A DNA stretch of 63,921 nucleotides, the filler included, from Malassezia furfur (lineage: Eukaryota): NCBI GenBank assembly GCA_052055015.1. It is 3 parts of 3 records of this genome, joined end to end, with 100 filler letters (N's around TTAATTAATTAA, not from the genome) between each part and the next. Parts side by side here need not be neighbours in the genome. Positions count along the whole stretch, not along the records: positions 22,063 to 43,801 come from JBQJIT010000165.1; positions 43,902 to 63,921 come from JBQJIT010000180.1; 1 more part is not named here. One strand, 5' to 3'. The notes beneath the pieces are model-generated. The model was not told the origin of the DNA, ran no database searches, and saw only the letters and a list, made by a program, of their open reading frames with translations. This document shows positions 42,413-52,251 of the stretch, piece by piece. The position numbers were made by a program, and so were the translations under genes. The stretch's first letter is position 1; each line of letters opens with the position of its first letter.

Positions 42413-43644
42413 GCGAGGTTGTCGATACCCCATATTTCGGGAGAGGCCGTGTCGGTACGCAAGGCGCCGGCCTCTTGTGCATCGAACCAGAGCTCGTCGT
42501 CGTCGACATGCACGTCGTCTGCGCTTGCCTCGCCGTCGTAGTCGGCATGCGACCGCGGCGCAGGTGACGGCACAGGCGGTACATAGGGCACACGCCACGT
42601 CTCGACGACGTAGTGCATCTCGTCGTCGGCCTGTGCAAAGTCCCAGTGGGTATGCTGGAGCGCACGGCGCAGCATCCAGTCGCTGTACTGCCCGGGGTGT
42701 GTGCGGCGCGCCTCACCCTCGCCGGGCACACGTGCGGTGACAAGCGTCACATTAAGTGTGCGTGCCGTGTCGTGCACCACAAGCTGTTCGAGCGCCGGGC
42801 GCAGGTGCCGTGTCGCGCCGACCCACTGTTCCTCGTCGTGCCCCACGATAAGCAGGTTCACGAGGCGCGGGAGGCGGGAGGCGAGCGTCGCAAGCACCTG
42901 CGTCGCGCTGCGCGCGCCGTGGGGCCCTGTAAAACTCGGCATGACCAGTGCCAGGTGCGTGAGCTGCGGCAGCTCCGCAAGGGCATCGACGGTGTGCACC
43001 GAGATTCGGCTGCGCGGCCCATGTAGCTGGAGATGCGTAAGGGCGCGCCACGTTGCATGCGACGTGCCCGGGCGCCATACGGTGTCGATCGCGTCGCCTG
43101 CCCACGGGCTCTGTAGGCACACGACTTCCTCGAGCGCAGCGCGAGCCGCGAACAGCCCCCCCGCGCCGTCGCGCAGGTCGAGCGCGAGCGGCTCGCATTG
43201 GAGTCGCAGCGCACGTAGCGCCGTGCACCGGCGCAGCACCATACGCAGCACCTCGGTGGTATCAAGCCCAAAGCGGCGTGTGCGGGCGACGCCGTCAAAC
43301 AATGCCTCGGGTGCGGCGTCGTCCGGGCCCTGGAGCACGGTGAGCGTGCGGGTATGACGTGCAACCAGGGCGCCGAGGCCGAGCGTGTTGCGTGTGAGCG
43401 AAAAACCGAAGTGCCGGAGCGTGTGCGCGCCGCGCAGCACGAGATCCGGCAGCAAGACGCGGCCGTACAGCACGACAAACCATGCACGGCACGTCTGGGC
43501 GAGGCGCGCAGCGCGCTTGCGTGGGTGCGCATCGCGCGCGACCGCGTGCAATGCGACTTCCTTCAAGACGCTCATTGGGAGGCGCGGGGGGGCGTGCGGC
43601 GCGCGGAGCTCGGCGCACGTCCCTCCATGGATTGTCTCGAGCAT
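42409..43644 (-). CDS. Hypothetical protein, F-box/LRR-like; start uncertain
   Basis: RLPMSVLKEVAL resembles an F-box start, followed by LxxLxL repeats (LTHLQL, LPQLTHLAL, LPRLVNLLI). Confidence 0.6.
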   Translation of the reverse strand: MLETIHGGTCAELRAPHAPPRLPMSVLKEVALHAVARDAHPRKRAARLAQTCRAWFVVLYGRVLLPDLVLRGAHTLRHFGFSLTRNTLGLGALVARHTRTLTVLQGPDDAAPEALFDGVARTRRFGLDTTEVLRMVLRRCTALRALRLQCEPLALDLRDGAGGLFAARAALEEVVCLQSPWAGDAIDTVWRPGTSHATWRALTHLQLHGPRSRISVHTVDALAELPQLTHLALVMPSFTGPHGARSATQVLATLASRLPRLVNLLIVGHDEEQWVGATRHLRPALEQLVVHDTARTLNVTLVTARVPGEGEARRTHPGQYSDWMLRRALQHTHWDFAQADDEMHYVVETWRVPYVPPVPSPAPRSHADYDGEASADDVHVDDDELWFDAQEAGALRTDTASPEIWGIDNLA

Positions 43645-43801
43645 ACGCCGCACCGCCCGAAAACCACGTGGCACATCACGCGACGGCGGTACGCCATGAC
43701 CTCGACGATGCACACCTCCGGCTCTGGCGCGCAGCGACGCGCCTCCAACGCGGGCCATGCCGGCCGCGGGCGCGGCCAGCATGCGCCGCTGGGGCGCTGG
43801 A

Positions 43802-43901
43802 NNNNNNNNNNNNNNNNNNNNNNNNNNNNNNNNNNNNNNNNNNNNTTAATTAATTAANNNNNNNNNNNNNNNNNNNNNNNNNNNNNNNNNNNNNNNNNNN
43901 N
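43802..43901. other. Assembly linker / contig gap
   Basis: N44-TTAATTAATTAA-N44. Confidence 0.97.
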
Positions 43902-44585
43902 GAGCATGTGCGGCGCCTGGCCGCTCGGCGACGCCGGCGACGCCGCTGGGCTCCGCCTCGTCCGACACCGTGCGGAGCGTGGGCTTCGGCGCGGGCTCCA
44001 CGGCCGGCGGCGGGCCACGCACCGACCACGGCTGCTCGGTGGTCACCTCAGGCTCCGCCTCGGCGGGGGCCGCCACGGCAGGGGCCGACGTCGCCGCACT
44101 GGCGTCGGCGCCGGCGGCGCCGGCCGTCGGGGTGATGGTCTCGCCGAGGTAGCGCGGGGCGTAGTTGCCCTCCGGAATCGACGTCTCGGCGGCGGTCGAG
44201 CGCGCCAGCGCACTGCCGTACGTCTCGCGCGGCGTCAGGTAGGTGGTGTCCTGCGTGACGTTGGCTCCGCTGCGGAGGATGCTGGAGAGGTCGTAGTTCT
44301 GGATCGCGGGCGCGGGCTTGCTGCGCTCATCGTAGTCCGGAATGCGCGCTGTGTGAGTTGCGATGCGGGCGACGTACTGTGCGTGATCGGCACCGACTCG
44401 CTGACGAGGTGGTGGTCCGACGACTCGACGACCGCCGGCGTCTCGGTGGTGTACACGGTGGTGGACACCGGGTTGCTGTCGGCAACCGCGGCGCTGGTCT
44501 GCGACACGCTCGTGGTGTCGGCCGTCTGCTCGGCGGCGGTGGGGGAAACGATCTGGCTAACCTCGGTGGCTTCGGTGGTCGACAT
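43902..44585 (-). CDS. Hypothetical Thr/Ala/Glu-rich protein; 3'-truncated by the gap
   Basis: ATG 44585 and a 29-nt intron (44349-44377) give a frame that stays open up to the gap. Confidence 0.55.
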
Positions 44586-44777
44586 GGTGGTGGATCGATG
44601 CGCCGGCGGCCACGCCGCGGGAACCCAATCGGCGCGGCGCCAGCACGCACGCGGGTCGCGCCCGGCGTGGCACGCTGACTAAACCACGTGGGCGTGCGAA
44701 GGACGCCGTCATGCTCCTGCACGGCGCCGGGCGCGGCGGCGCGCGGGCGGCCCAGTGGCCAGGACCTGGCGAGCTCG

Positions 44778-45027
44778 ATGGCCTCGGAAATGTTCAGCGA
44801 GTACTCCGACACGGACGAGCGCAGCACGCCGCGCCGCGACGTGTACCTCTCCGAGACGGAGCCCGAGTTCGAGACGCAGGGGCCGTACATTGTCGAGATG
44901 GGCGGCAGCCAGAACCAGGAGCCGCGCGTGATCACCGTCGCGGACCTCAACGAGCACCAGGACTCGAAGTCGATGCGCACGCTCGCGGCGGCGGCCAGTG
45001 TTGCGCACGCCATGGAGCAGACCAAGG

Positions 45028-45062
<35 letters not shown>

Positions 45063-45101
45063 CCGCCCGCATCGCAGGACACGACCCAAGACCGCACGTA
45101 A
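44778..45101 (+). CDS. Small acidic hypothetical protein with poly-Q tract
   Basis: Coding-like codon use and (CAG)10; start uncertain, no recognised family. Confidence 0.45.
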
Positions 45102-45110
45102 CGCCGCGGC

Positions 45111-45473
45111 CTATCCGCCGTGCAGCGTACTAATAAACACTATGTGGTCCTTGGGCTGCAGTACATAGTCCATCTCGCCCTCCAGCTCCCAATCGCTGTC
45201 GTTGATCAGCACAAGGATGCCCGCGCGCCTGCGTCAGCTTACCACGTACACCGCGTCGTGCTCCACAAACAGCTCCTCGCGCTCGTGGAGGAGGTGCGTG
45301 CGGATGTGGTGCACGAGCGCACGCATGTCCGGCGCACGGCCCGCGTCGCCCTGCACCGTCAGCGTGTGCACCTTGGCGTGCGGGGGCGCCAGGAGCAGCT
45401 CGGTGCCGCCGCTGCGTCGTCAGCCGCGCACGTACCCAAATTCCACCGTGACCGGCACGCCGTCCTCGCCCAT
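45111..45473 (-). CDS. URM1: Ubiquitin-related modifier Urm1, 3 exons
   Basis: [38 protein letters not shown]. Introns 45412-45435 and 45229-45249. Absent from the ORF track. Confidence 0.95.
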
Positions 45474-45486
45474 GCCGCCGAGACGG

Positions 45487-45516
<30 letters not shown>
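45487..45516. repeat. Poly(dA:dT) tract, A30
   Basis: 30 consecutive A, ending 13 bp upstream of the URM1 ATG. Confidence 0.95.
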
Positions 45517-45519
<3 letters not shown>

Positions 45520-45650
45520 GCGGTGGATGATGCGCGGTGCAGGTAGATCCGTGGTGTCCGCCGGTGATTGGCGGTACCTAAGATTCATGAACCACCTCGG
45601 CTCCGACGTAGATGAACGGAGGTGCATCTGACCAATCAGTGTGCGCCTAT
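45516..45650 (+). ncRNA. Candidate structured RNA, possibly box C/D snoRNA-like
   Basis: ATGGGCG/CGCCTAT terminal pairing, GATGATGC near the 5' end opposite GCATCTGA near the 3' end, and internal hairpins. No family recognised. Confidence 0.3.
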
Positions 45651-45790
45651 GACGTACACGACGCATGCCGCACGCAGCGGCATGTTGAACTGGCCGGCCT
45701 ACGCATGCGGCGTGTCGGCGTCGCGGCGCGGGGCGTGGGCGGCTTCGTCTGCCCCTCCATCCTCGATCGCGCGTGTGTGTCGCTGGTGGT

Positions 45791-48394
45791 ATGACGATGC
45801 ACCGATTCCTCTTTGCGGCCGCGCTCGCCGTGCCTGCGGTCTTCGCGGCGGATGCGCCGGCGGACACGTCGACGTCGACGGTGATTACGACGATCGTCTA
45901 CTCGCTGATCATGGCGGCGATCTTTGTGGTGGCCTTCCTTGTGCTGCGCCCGCGGTTCGACAACATTTACCAGCCGCGCTCGTACCTGTCGAAGCCTGCG
46001 AGCCGCAATGTGCCGGCGCTTGACCACACGCTCTTCGGCTGGGTCCGGGAGTACATTGCGCAGCCCGACAAGGAGATTCTGCGCCGCAACGGTCTGGATG
46101 CGTACATGTTTATCAGCTACCTGCACATGTCGCTGTGGATCATTGTGCCGATCTGGATCTTTAGCTGGATCTTCCTGATGCCGCTGTACGCGGCGGACAT
46201 TACGTCCTCCTCGCAGGGCTTCAACATGTTCACGATCGGCTACCTGATCAACTCGAGCAAGCGCTCGGACCAGGACCGCTCGGCGGGCATCTTGATCGTG
46301 AACTACCTGTTTGTCGCGTGGATTTTGATCAACATGCACTGGCGCATGAAGGAGTTTATCCAGCTGCGCCAGGAGTTCATCACCTCGCCCGGCTACCGCG
46401 ACACGGTGCAGGCCAAGACGATGCTTGTGACGGGTGTGCCGAACGAGTACCTCTCTGAGACGAAGCTCACGCAGATCTACGGGCAGATGCCGGGCGGCGT
46501 CGAGAAGGTGTGGGTGAACCGCAACCTGCACGACCTGCCGAAGCTCGTGGAGCAGCGCGACAAGCTCGTGCTGAAGCTCGAGGGTGCCGTCACGAAGCTG
46601 ATCAAGACCGCGCACAAGCTCGTCAAGAAGGGCAAGGTCGACGGCGCGCCGTCGGACGGCGCGCTGTCGGCGGACGTGGCGGCGCGCTACGTCCCCGAGA
46701 AGAAGCGCCCGACGATGCGTCTCGGCAAGGTGCCGTGCATGGGCGAGAAGGTCGACACGATCAACCACTGCCGCGCCGAGATCCAGCGCCTGAACGCCGA
46801 GATCGCGACGCAGCGTGAGCGCGCGATGACCGACTACGAGGCGTACCCGCCGCAGAGCAGCGCGTTTGTCCTGTTCCGCGAGCAGCTCGGCGCGCAGGTC
46901 GCGGCGCACACCGAGGCGAGCCACGAGCCGTACCGCATGGCCGAGCGCTACACGGAGGCGCACCCGAAGGACGTCATCTGGTCGAACCTCAACATGAACC
47001 CGTACGAGAAGAAGATCCGCACGGTGCTCTTCTGGGGTGTCACGTGGCTGACCGTGGTGTTCTGGTTTGTGCCGGTGGCGGTGGTGAGTGTGTTCTCGCA
47101 GGTGGACTACCTGAGCTCCAAGGTGAAGTTTTTGAGCTGGATCCAGCAGATCCCCAACGTGCCGCTCGGCATCATCAAGGGTGTGCTGCCGGTGGCGGCG
47201 CTCGCCGTGCTCAACATGCTGCTGCCCATCTGGCTGCGCTTCCTCGCGAAGCAGAGCGGCATTCCCACGCGCAACGGCGTCGAGCGCAGCCTGATGGTGC
47301 GCTTCTCCATCTTCCAGCTGCTGCAGAACTTCCTCGTGCTCGCCGTGATGCAGGCCGCGATGAACAACGTGAACGACTTTGCCAACACGCTCGTGCCCGT
47401 GCCCAACATCTCGGCGTTCGTGTCGCAGATCTCGGCGGCCGTGCCGCGCGCGAGCACCTTCTTCCTGCAGTGGGTGTTTGTCGCGGGTGTGGGTGCGGCG
47501 CCGGGTCTCTTTTTGCAGATCGTGCCGCTGATCGTGTACTACGTCAAGATGATGCTCCTGGGCTCCACGCCGCGCACCGTGTGGGGCCTCAAGAACGGCA
47601 TGGGCGCCCCGGCGTGGGGGCAGCTGTTCCCCTCGACGCTGCTGATCATGATCATCGTGTTTGGCTACATGCTGCTCGCCCCGATCGTGAACGGCTTCGC
47701 GGCGGTGACCATGTTCCTGCTCTACCTGGCGTACCGCTACCTGTTCCTGTACGTGTACGACTGCAAGCCCGAGAACGAGACCGCCGGCCTGTTTTTCCCA
47801 ACGGCGATCAACTTTACGTTCGCCGGCCTGTACCTCGGCACGCTGCTGGTGGCGACCATGTACCTGTTCAACGTCGGCACCAACACGTCGTACATCGCCT
47901 TTGGTGTGCTCACCGTGCTGCTGCTCGTGATCATCATGGGCTACCACTACTTCATGGTGAACTCCTACGGCCCGCTCCTCCAGTCCGTCCCGCTCGACCT
48001 CACGATGCGCTACGGCCAGGACGGCGCGGCGGCCGCGGTTTCGGCCGAGCAGGCGGCGCCGCTGCTGCCCGAGAAGGACGCGTACTACATCAACGGGCCC
48101 AGCGCCGCGCAGCCCGCGCCGCCCGCCTCGCACGTCGTCCAGATGGAGGACGCGCACCAGGTGGCCGTGCGCTCGCGCGCCGACCAGGACGCCAAGCTCA
48201 GCGCGTTCTACAACCCCGCGCGCACCTCGAAGCAGCTTGTGCTCTGGTACCCCGACGACGCCAACGGCATCGGCCGCTCGCAGGTCGCGCTCGACCAGCA
48301 GGCGGGCTACGCGGCGACCACCGAGCACGCCGGCCTCAACGAGAAGGGCAAGGTCGTCGAGGACGCCGAGTACCCCCCCGGCCAAGAGATGTAA
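45791..48394 (+). CDS. CSC1/OSCA/TMEM63 (Rsn1/Phm7-like) calcium-permeable channel
   Basis: LRPRFDNIYQPRSY, GLDAYMFISYL, KVDTINHC, PKDVIWSNL, YRYLFLYVY..ETAGLFFP. Confidence 0.93.
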   Translation: MTMHRFLFAAALAVPAVFAADAPADTSTSTVITTIVYSLIMAAIFVVAFLVLRPRFDNIYQPRSYLSKPASRNVPALDHTLFGWVREYIAQPDKEILRRNGLDAYMFISYLHMSLWIIVPIWIFSWIFLMPLYAADITSSSQGFNMFTIGYLINSSKRSDQDRSAGILIVNYLFVAWILINMHWRMKEFIQLRQEFITSPGYRDTVQAKTMLVTGVPNEYLSETKLTQIYGQMPGGVEKVWVNRNLHDLPKLVEQRDKLVLKLEGAVTKLIKTAHKLVKKGKVDGAPSDGALSADVAARYVPEKKRPTMRLGKVPCMGEKVDTINHCRAEIQRLNAEIATQRERAMTDYEAYPPQSSAFVLFREQLGAQVAAHTEASHEPYRMAERYTEAHPKDVIWSNLNMNPYEKKIRTVLFWGVTWLTVVFWFVPVAVVSVFSQVDYLSSKVKFLSWIQQIPNVPLGIIKGVLPVAALAVLNMLLPIWLRFLAKQSGIPTRNGVERSLMVRFSIFQLLQNFLVLAVMQAAMNNVNDFANTLVPVPNISAFVSQISAAVPRASTFFLQWVFVAGVGAAPGLFLQIVPLIVYYVKMMLLGSTPRTVWGLKNGMGAPAWGQLFPSTLLIMIIVFGYMLLAPIVNGFAAVTMFLLYLAYRYLFLYVYDCKPENETAGLFFPTAINFTFAGLYLGTLLVATMYLFNVGTNTSYIAFGVLTVLLLVIIMGYHYFMVNSYGPLLQSVPLDLTMRYGQDGAAAAVSAEQAAPLLPEKDAYYINGPSAAQPAPPASHVVQMEDAHQVAVRSRADQDAKLSAFYNPARTSKQLVLWYPDDANGIGRSQVALDQQAGYAATTEHAGLNEKGKVVEDAEYPPGQEM

Positions 48395-48606
48395 GGGCCG
48401 GCCCCCTTTCCCCCGCGGCATTGCCGCACTGCATGCTCCATCGCGCACGCAAGCGGGCCTGGCTGCCCCCGTGCTTCCTCCCGTGAATCTCCCCTCAATC
48501 GCCCCGTCTTCCATCGCCCGTGCTAATTTCCGTCATAGTCTCTTCATCCGGTAGCCCGTGAGCTCGCGTGCATCTGCAGCCATGTGGAGGCGCTCGGCGT
48601 CCCACG

Positions 48607-50177
48607 ATGAGTGTGGGGCAGGAAGATGCCATCGGACGCGCGTCCGAGCGGATCTGCAAACACATGAACCGCGACCATGACGTGCGTGGTCTCACTGACC
48701 CCAGGACGCGGTCGCGCACCTCGCCATGTTCTACGCACACCTCCCGCGCCTGCCGCAGTGGGCGCGCATGGAGTCGATCGACCGCACCGGCATGCGCATT
48801 CGGTATGCGCCGCCGTCGCTCGCGGGGCCCGTCACCGACGAGAGCGCACTGCCCGTGCAGACGATCGCATTCGACCCACCGCTCCAGGGCACCACCGACA
48901 CACGCAAGCGGCTCGTCGCGATGAGCGAGGCGAGCCAGGCCGCGAACGCACAGTTCGCACGCGCAAAGCACGCGCGCGACTTCTGGGGGGAGTACAACCT
49001 CGAGACGCTCCTTGAGCGCGCCGACGGCGTGCTGATGCACCGCGCGACGCTCGGTGCGCTGCTCGCGCTCGCCTACGCGCTCGTGCGCGCACCGACTCCG
49101 CCCGCATCCGACGCGCGTGCGCCCTGGCTGGCCCAGGGCGTGTACGGCGTGCATCGGCTCCTGCACCTGGCCGCGGCGCCGCTGATGCTGCTCCTTGTAC
49201 CGCTCGCCGTGGTGCTGGCCGTGCGCGGCGTCGGCTGGCTGAGCCGCACGTGGACCAACGCGGCGCCGGTGCCCGCCGAGCCGCGGCGCCTCGCGTCCTG
49301 GGCCTGGACGACGCTCACTACGCCGACGCTCCCCCGGCTCGACCGGAACGCCTGGAACCACGAGACGGTGGTGATCACGGGCGGCGCGCGTGGCTTTGGC
49401 GCGGAGCTGGCGCTGCGGCTCTCGCAGAAGGGCGCGCGCGTCATCACGCTCGACGTCGCCAAGACGACGGTGAAGCACCCCAACCTCGTCGCATACCACT
49501 GCGACATCTCGCGGCAGAACGAGGTGTTTTCCGTCACGCGCAACATCCTGTACCGGCACGGCGCGCCGACGATCCTCATCAACAATGCGGCGGTGCGCAA
49601 CGGCCACCCATTGCTCGACACGCCCGTGGGCGACATTGCGCGGGTGCTGGACACCAACACCATGGCGCACTTTTGGACGCTCAAGGAATTCCTCCCTTCG
49701 ATGGTCGAGAACAAGCGGGGGCACATTGTCACCGTGTCGTCGATGATGGGCCAGACGGGCGTCGCGCAGATGATCGACTACGTCGCATCGAAGCACGCGC
49801 TCGTCGGGCTGCACGAGTCGCTGCGCTTCGAGCTGGATGCGATCTACCGCACGCCGCTGGTGCGCACGACGCTCGTCACCACGGGGCACCTGCAGGAGAC
49901 AAGCATGTTCTCGGGCATCCAGTACAATGCGTTTGCGCGCTTCCTCGCCCCGCCCGTGAGCACCGCCAAGGTCGCGCATGCGGTGATCGACGCACTCGAG
50001 TGCCAAGAGAGCCGCATCGTCGCCATCCCTTGGTACGCCGCCTGGACGCTGTTCCTGCGCGTCCTGCCGTCGTTCGTGCGCGACGGCATCCAGGCGCTGC
50101 TCGGCGCAAACCACTCGATGACCACCGCGCCCAAGCCCCCGCGCGAGGGCGAGCGCGCTCCGGAGGAAGCTACATAG
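48607..50177 (+). CDS. DUF2470-like domain fused through TM helices to a membrane SDR (Tda5/17-beta-HSD11-like)
   Basis: RICKHMNRDH..MESIDRTGM..IAFDPPL..RKRLVAM, then VVITGGARGFG, LINNAA, YVASKHALVGLHESLRFEL. One 23-nt intron (48682-48704). Confidence 0.82.
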
Positions 50178-50180
50178 GCT

Positions 50181-50894
50181 CTACGGCGCGCCGCGCGGGT
50201 CCGGCGTGTACCGCAGGTAGGGACGCACCGTGCGGAAGCCGGGGAACAGCTGGGCGGCCTCCGCGTCGGCGACCGTGGGGTGCACAATCACCTCGTCGCC
50301 CGGCTGCCAGTTGGCCGGCGTCGTGACGCGGTGTGCGTCGCCGAGCTGCAGCGAGTCGATCGCGCGCAGGATCTCGGGGAAGTGCCGGCCGGTGGAGGCG
50401 GGGTAGGACAGCTTCAGCCGGATGAGCTTCTTGGGGTCGATCACAAACACGTCGCGTACCGTGAACGGCATGCCCGCCGCGTCGCGGTTCGTCGGGTCGA
50501 GCGCGTCGAGCATGTCGTACAGCGTCGCGACCGTGCGATCCGGGTCGCCGATGATGGGGAAGCGCAGCGGTGTGCCGCCGATGTCGTTGATGTCGTCAAT
50601 CCACGCGCGGTGCGACGCGACGTCGTTGGCCGACAGCCCAATCACCTTGACACCGCGGCGCGCAAACTCGGGCGCAAGGCGCGCGACCTCGGCGAGCTCG
50701 GTGGTGCACACCGGCGTAAAGTCGTCCGGGTGCGAAAAGAGGATGGCCCATGCATCCCCGATCCATTCATGGAAGTGCACGCGCCCCCTGCGTCAGCACG
50801 GCCGCACCTACTGCGTCGTGTCCGCGGCAAAGTCGGGCGCAACCGAGCCGAGGCGCAGCGCGGCCGGCCGCCCCGGCGGCGAAACGTGGTCCAT
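50181..50894 (-). CDS. PRX1: 1-Cys peroxiredoxin
   Basis: LRLGSVAPDF, LFSHPDDFTPVCTTEL, YPASTGR, TTPANWQPG. One 24-nt intron (50788-50811). Confidence 0.95.
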
Positions 50895-51057
50895 GCGTCG
50901 CGGCGCGTGGAGCACCGCCGAATGCCCAGGGCCTTCGCGGCGCATCGCGAAGATGAGGTAAGCACGCGGTTATTCCGCTAGGGTCGCTTCCCCCGGTCCC
51001 GTCCCGCGTATAATAGAACTGCGCACACGCGGGCGCTTCTTCCCCATCCAAACCATC

Positions 51058-51570
51058 ATGTCCAACTCCAACACTGTCCCTGCTATGAAGAAGGATGCCA
51101 ACGTGGCCGCCGACGGCCTCCGCCAGGACGCCAACAAGGCCGCCAGCAAGGTCGAGAGCGGTGCCGACAAGCTCGCCAACCGCATGAGCGACAAGGCCGA
51201 CGACGTTGCGCCCAAGACCGAGGGTGAGAGTCTGCTGCAGCAGGGCAAGAACCTGTTCAACGACACCACCGAGTACGTCCAGAAGCAGGCCAGCCAGATG
51301 TTTGGCAGCGAGAGCAACACCGCCTCGACGGAGCAGAAGGGCGAGTCGATCTCCGAGTCGGCGCGCAAGTACGCCTCGGACGCCCTGAACAGCGTCAGCG
51401 GCATGCTCCACAAGACCAGCGACAAGGCTGGCGAGGCTGCGAGCGACGCCTCGAAGTCGACCACCGGCGAGGGTGAGTCGTACATCGAGCAGGCGCGCAA
51501 GGGCGCCAGCGACCTTCTCAGCAAGGCGCAGGAGCAGCTCAACAGCGGCTCGTCCACCACCTCCAAGTAA
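51058..51570 (+). CDS. LEA-like hydrophilin / stress protein
   Basis: Hydrophilic A/K/S/E/D-rich protein with repeated EGES(L/Y)..Q.K/R units; TATAATA at 51009. Confidence 0.7.
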   Translation: MSNSNTVPAMKKDANVAADGLRQDANKAASKVESGADKLANRMSDKADDVAPKTEGESLLQQGKNLFNDTTEYVQKQASQMFGSESNTASTEQKGESISESARKYASDALNSVSGMLHKTSDKAGEAASDASKSTTGEGESYIEQARKGASDLLSKAQEQLNSGSSTTSK

Positions 51571-51700
51571 ATACCAACAGAATTGTCTGTAGCTCTGGAT
51601 AATTGTTTCCTCGCGACCCCCGAATAGGCAGCCGCCGTGGAACGTGCGCGAAGTGTGCGGGGTGGGTCACGTGCACGGCGGGCGCCTGCCCTGCGACGCC

Positions 51701-52093
51701 ATGGCCCCGAGTCCAGAGCGCGAGGCAGCTGACCCCGACTGGATCCGCCAGTACAAGGAGATGGCGTCGGGGCCACACACGGATACGCCAAGCGTCAGGC
51801 GGACCTTGCCGGCGTACTTGGATGACGAGGTGGAAAAGCAGCCGATCCCGTCGCCGTGGCAGCAAGTGATCCAGGCCAACCTATCGACCGACAGCGTGAC
51901 ATCCTCGGAAGCGTTGGAGCGCGAGCAGGATCGACTCGCCCTACAAGAATGGGACGAGGGCGTGCGCCAGCTGCAGATGGCATTCCAGCTCGTGCTGATC
52001 CCGTTCTTCGGGAGATGGATCGGACGGCGTTGGAGCTATTGGTGTACGTCGTCCGTTTCTCACACAGTCTTTGCGCGGTACCTGCAAGGATAG
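51701..52093 (+). CDS. MIM2: Mitochondrial import protein Mim2-like
   Basis: QEWDEGVRQLQMAFQLVLIPFFGRWIGRRWSYW..RY. One 24-nt in-frame intron (52044-52067). Confidence 0.75.
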   Translation: MAPSPEREAADPDWIRQYKEMASGPHTDTPSVRRTLPAYLDDEVEKQPIPSPWQQVIQANLSTDSVTSSEALEREQDRLALQEWDEGVRQLQMAFQLVLIPFFGRWIGRRWSYWCTSSVSHTVFARYLQG

Positions 52094-52251
52094 CCCAAAC
52101 CACCTACATTGTACATTAGCTATACTCGCTCGCCCGTAGACGCCCCACCGGGGGCCCCCGTTTGGAGCCGGGCTAACGCACCGACAATTTTGCTGACAAA
52201 ACCCAGAAGATTTTTGGGCGTGCTACATTGGCTTCTGACGTGGTGCGCGGC

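Noticed and set aside
45030..45059. (CAG)10 microsatellite
   Set aside because: Ordinary poly-Q coding tract.
45647..48514. 955-aa antisense ORF, and similar long ORFs opposite SAM1, PTR2 and the PX protein
   Set aside because: Expected shadows of GC3-biased genes; no motifs.
52149..52160. Perfect 12-bp palindrome CGGGGGCCCCCG upstream of ABZ1
   Set aside because: Low-complexity G/C palindrome expected by chance in GC-rich DNA; no supporting feature.
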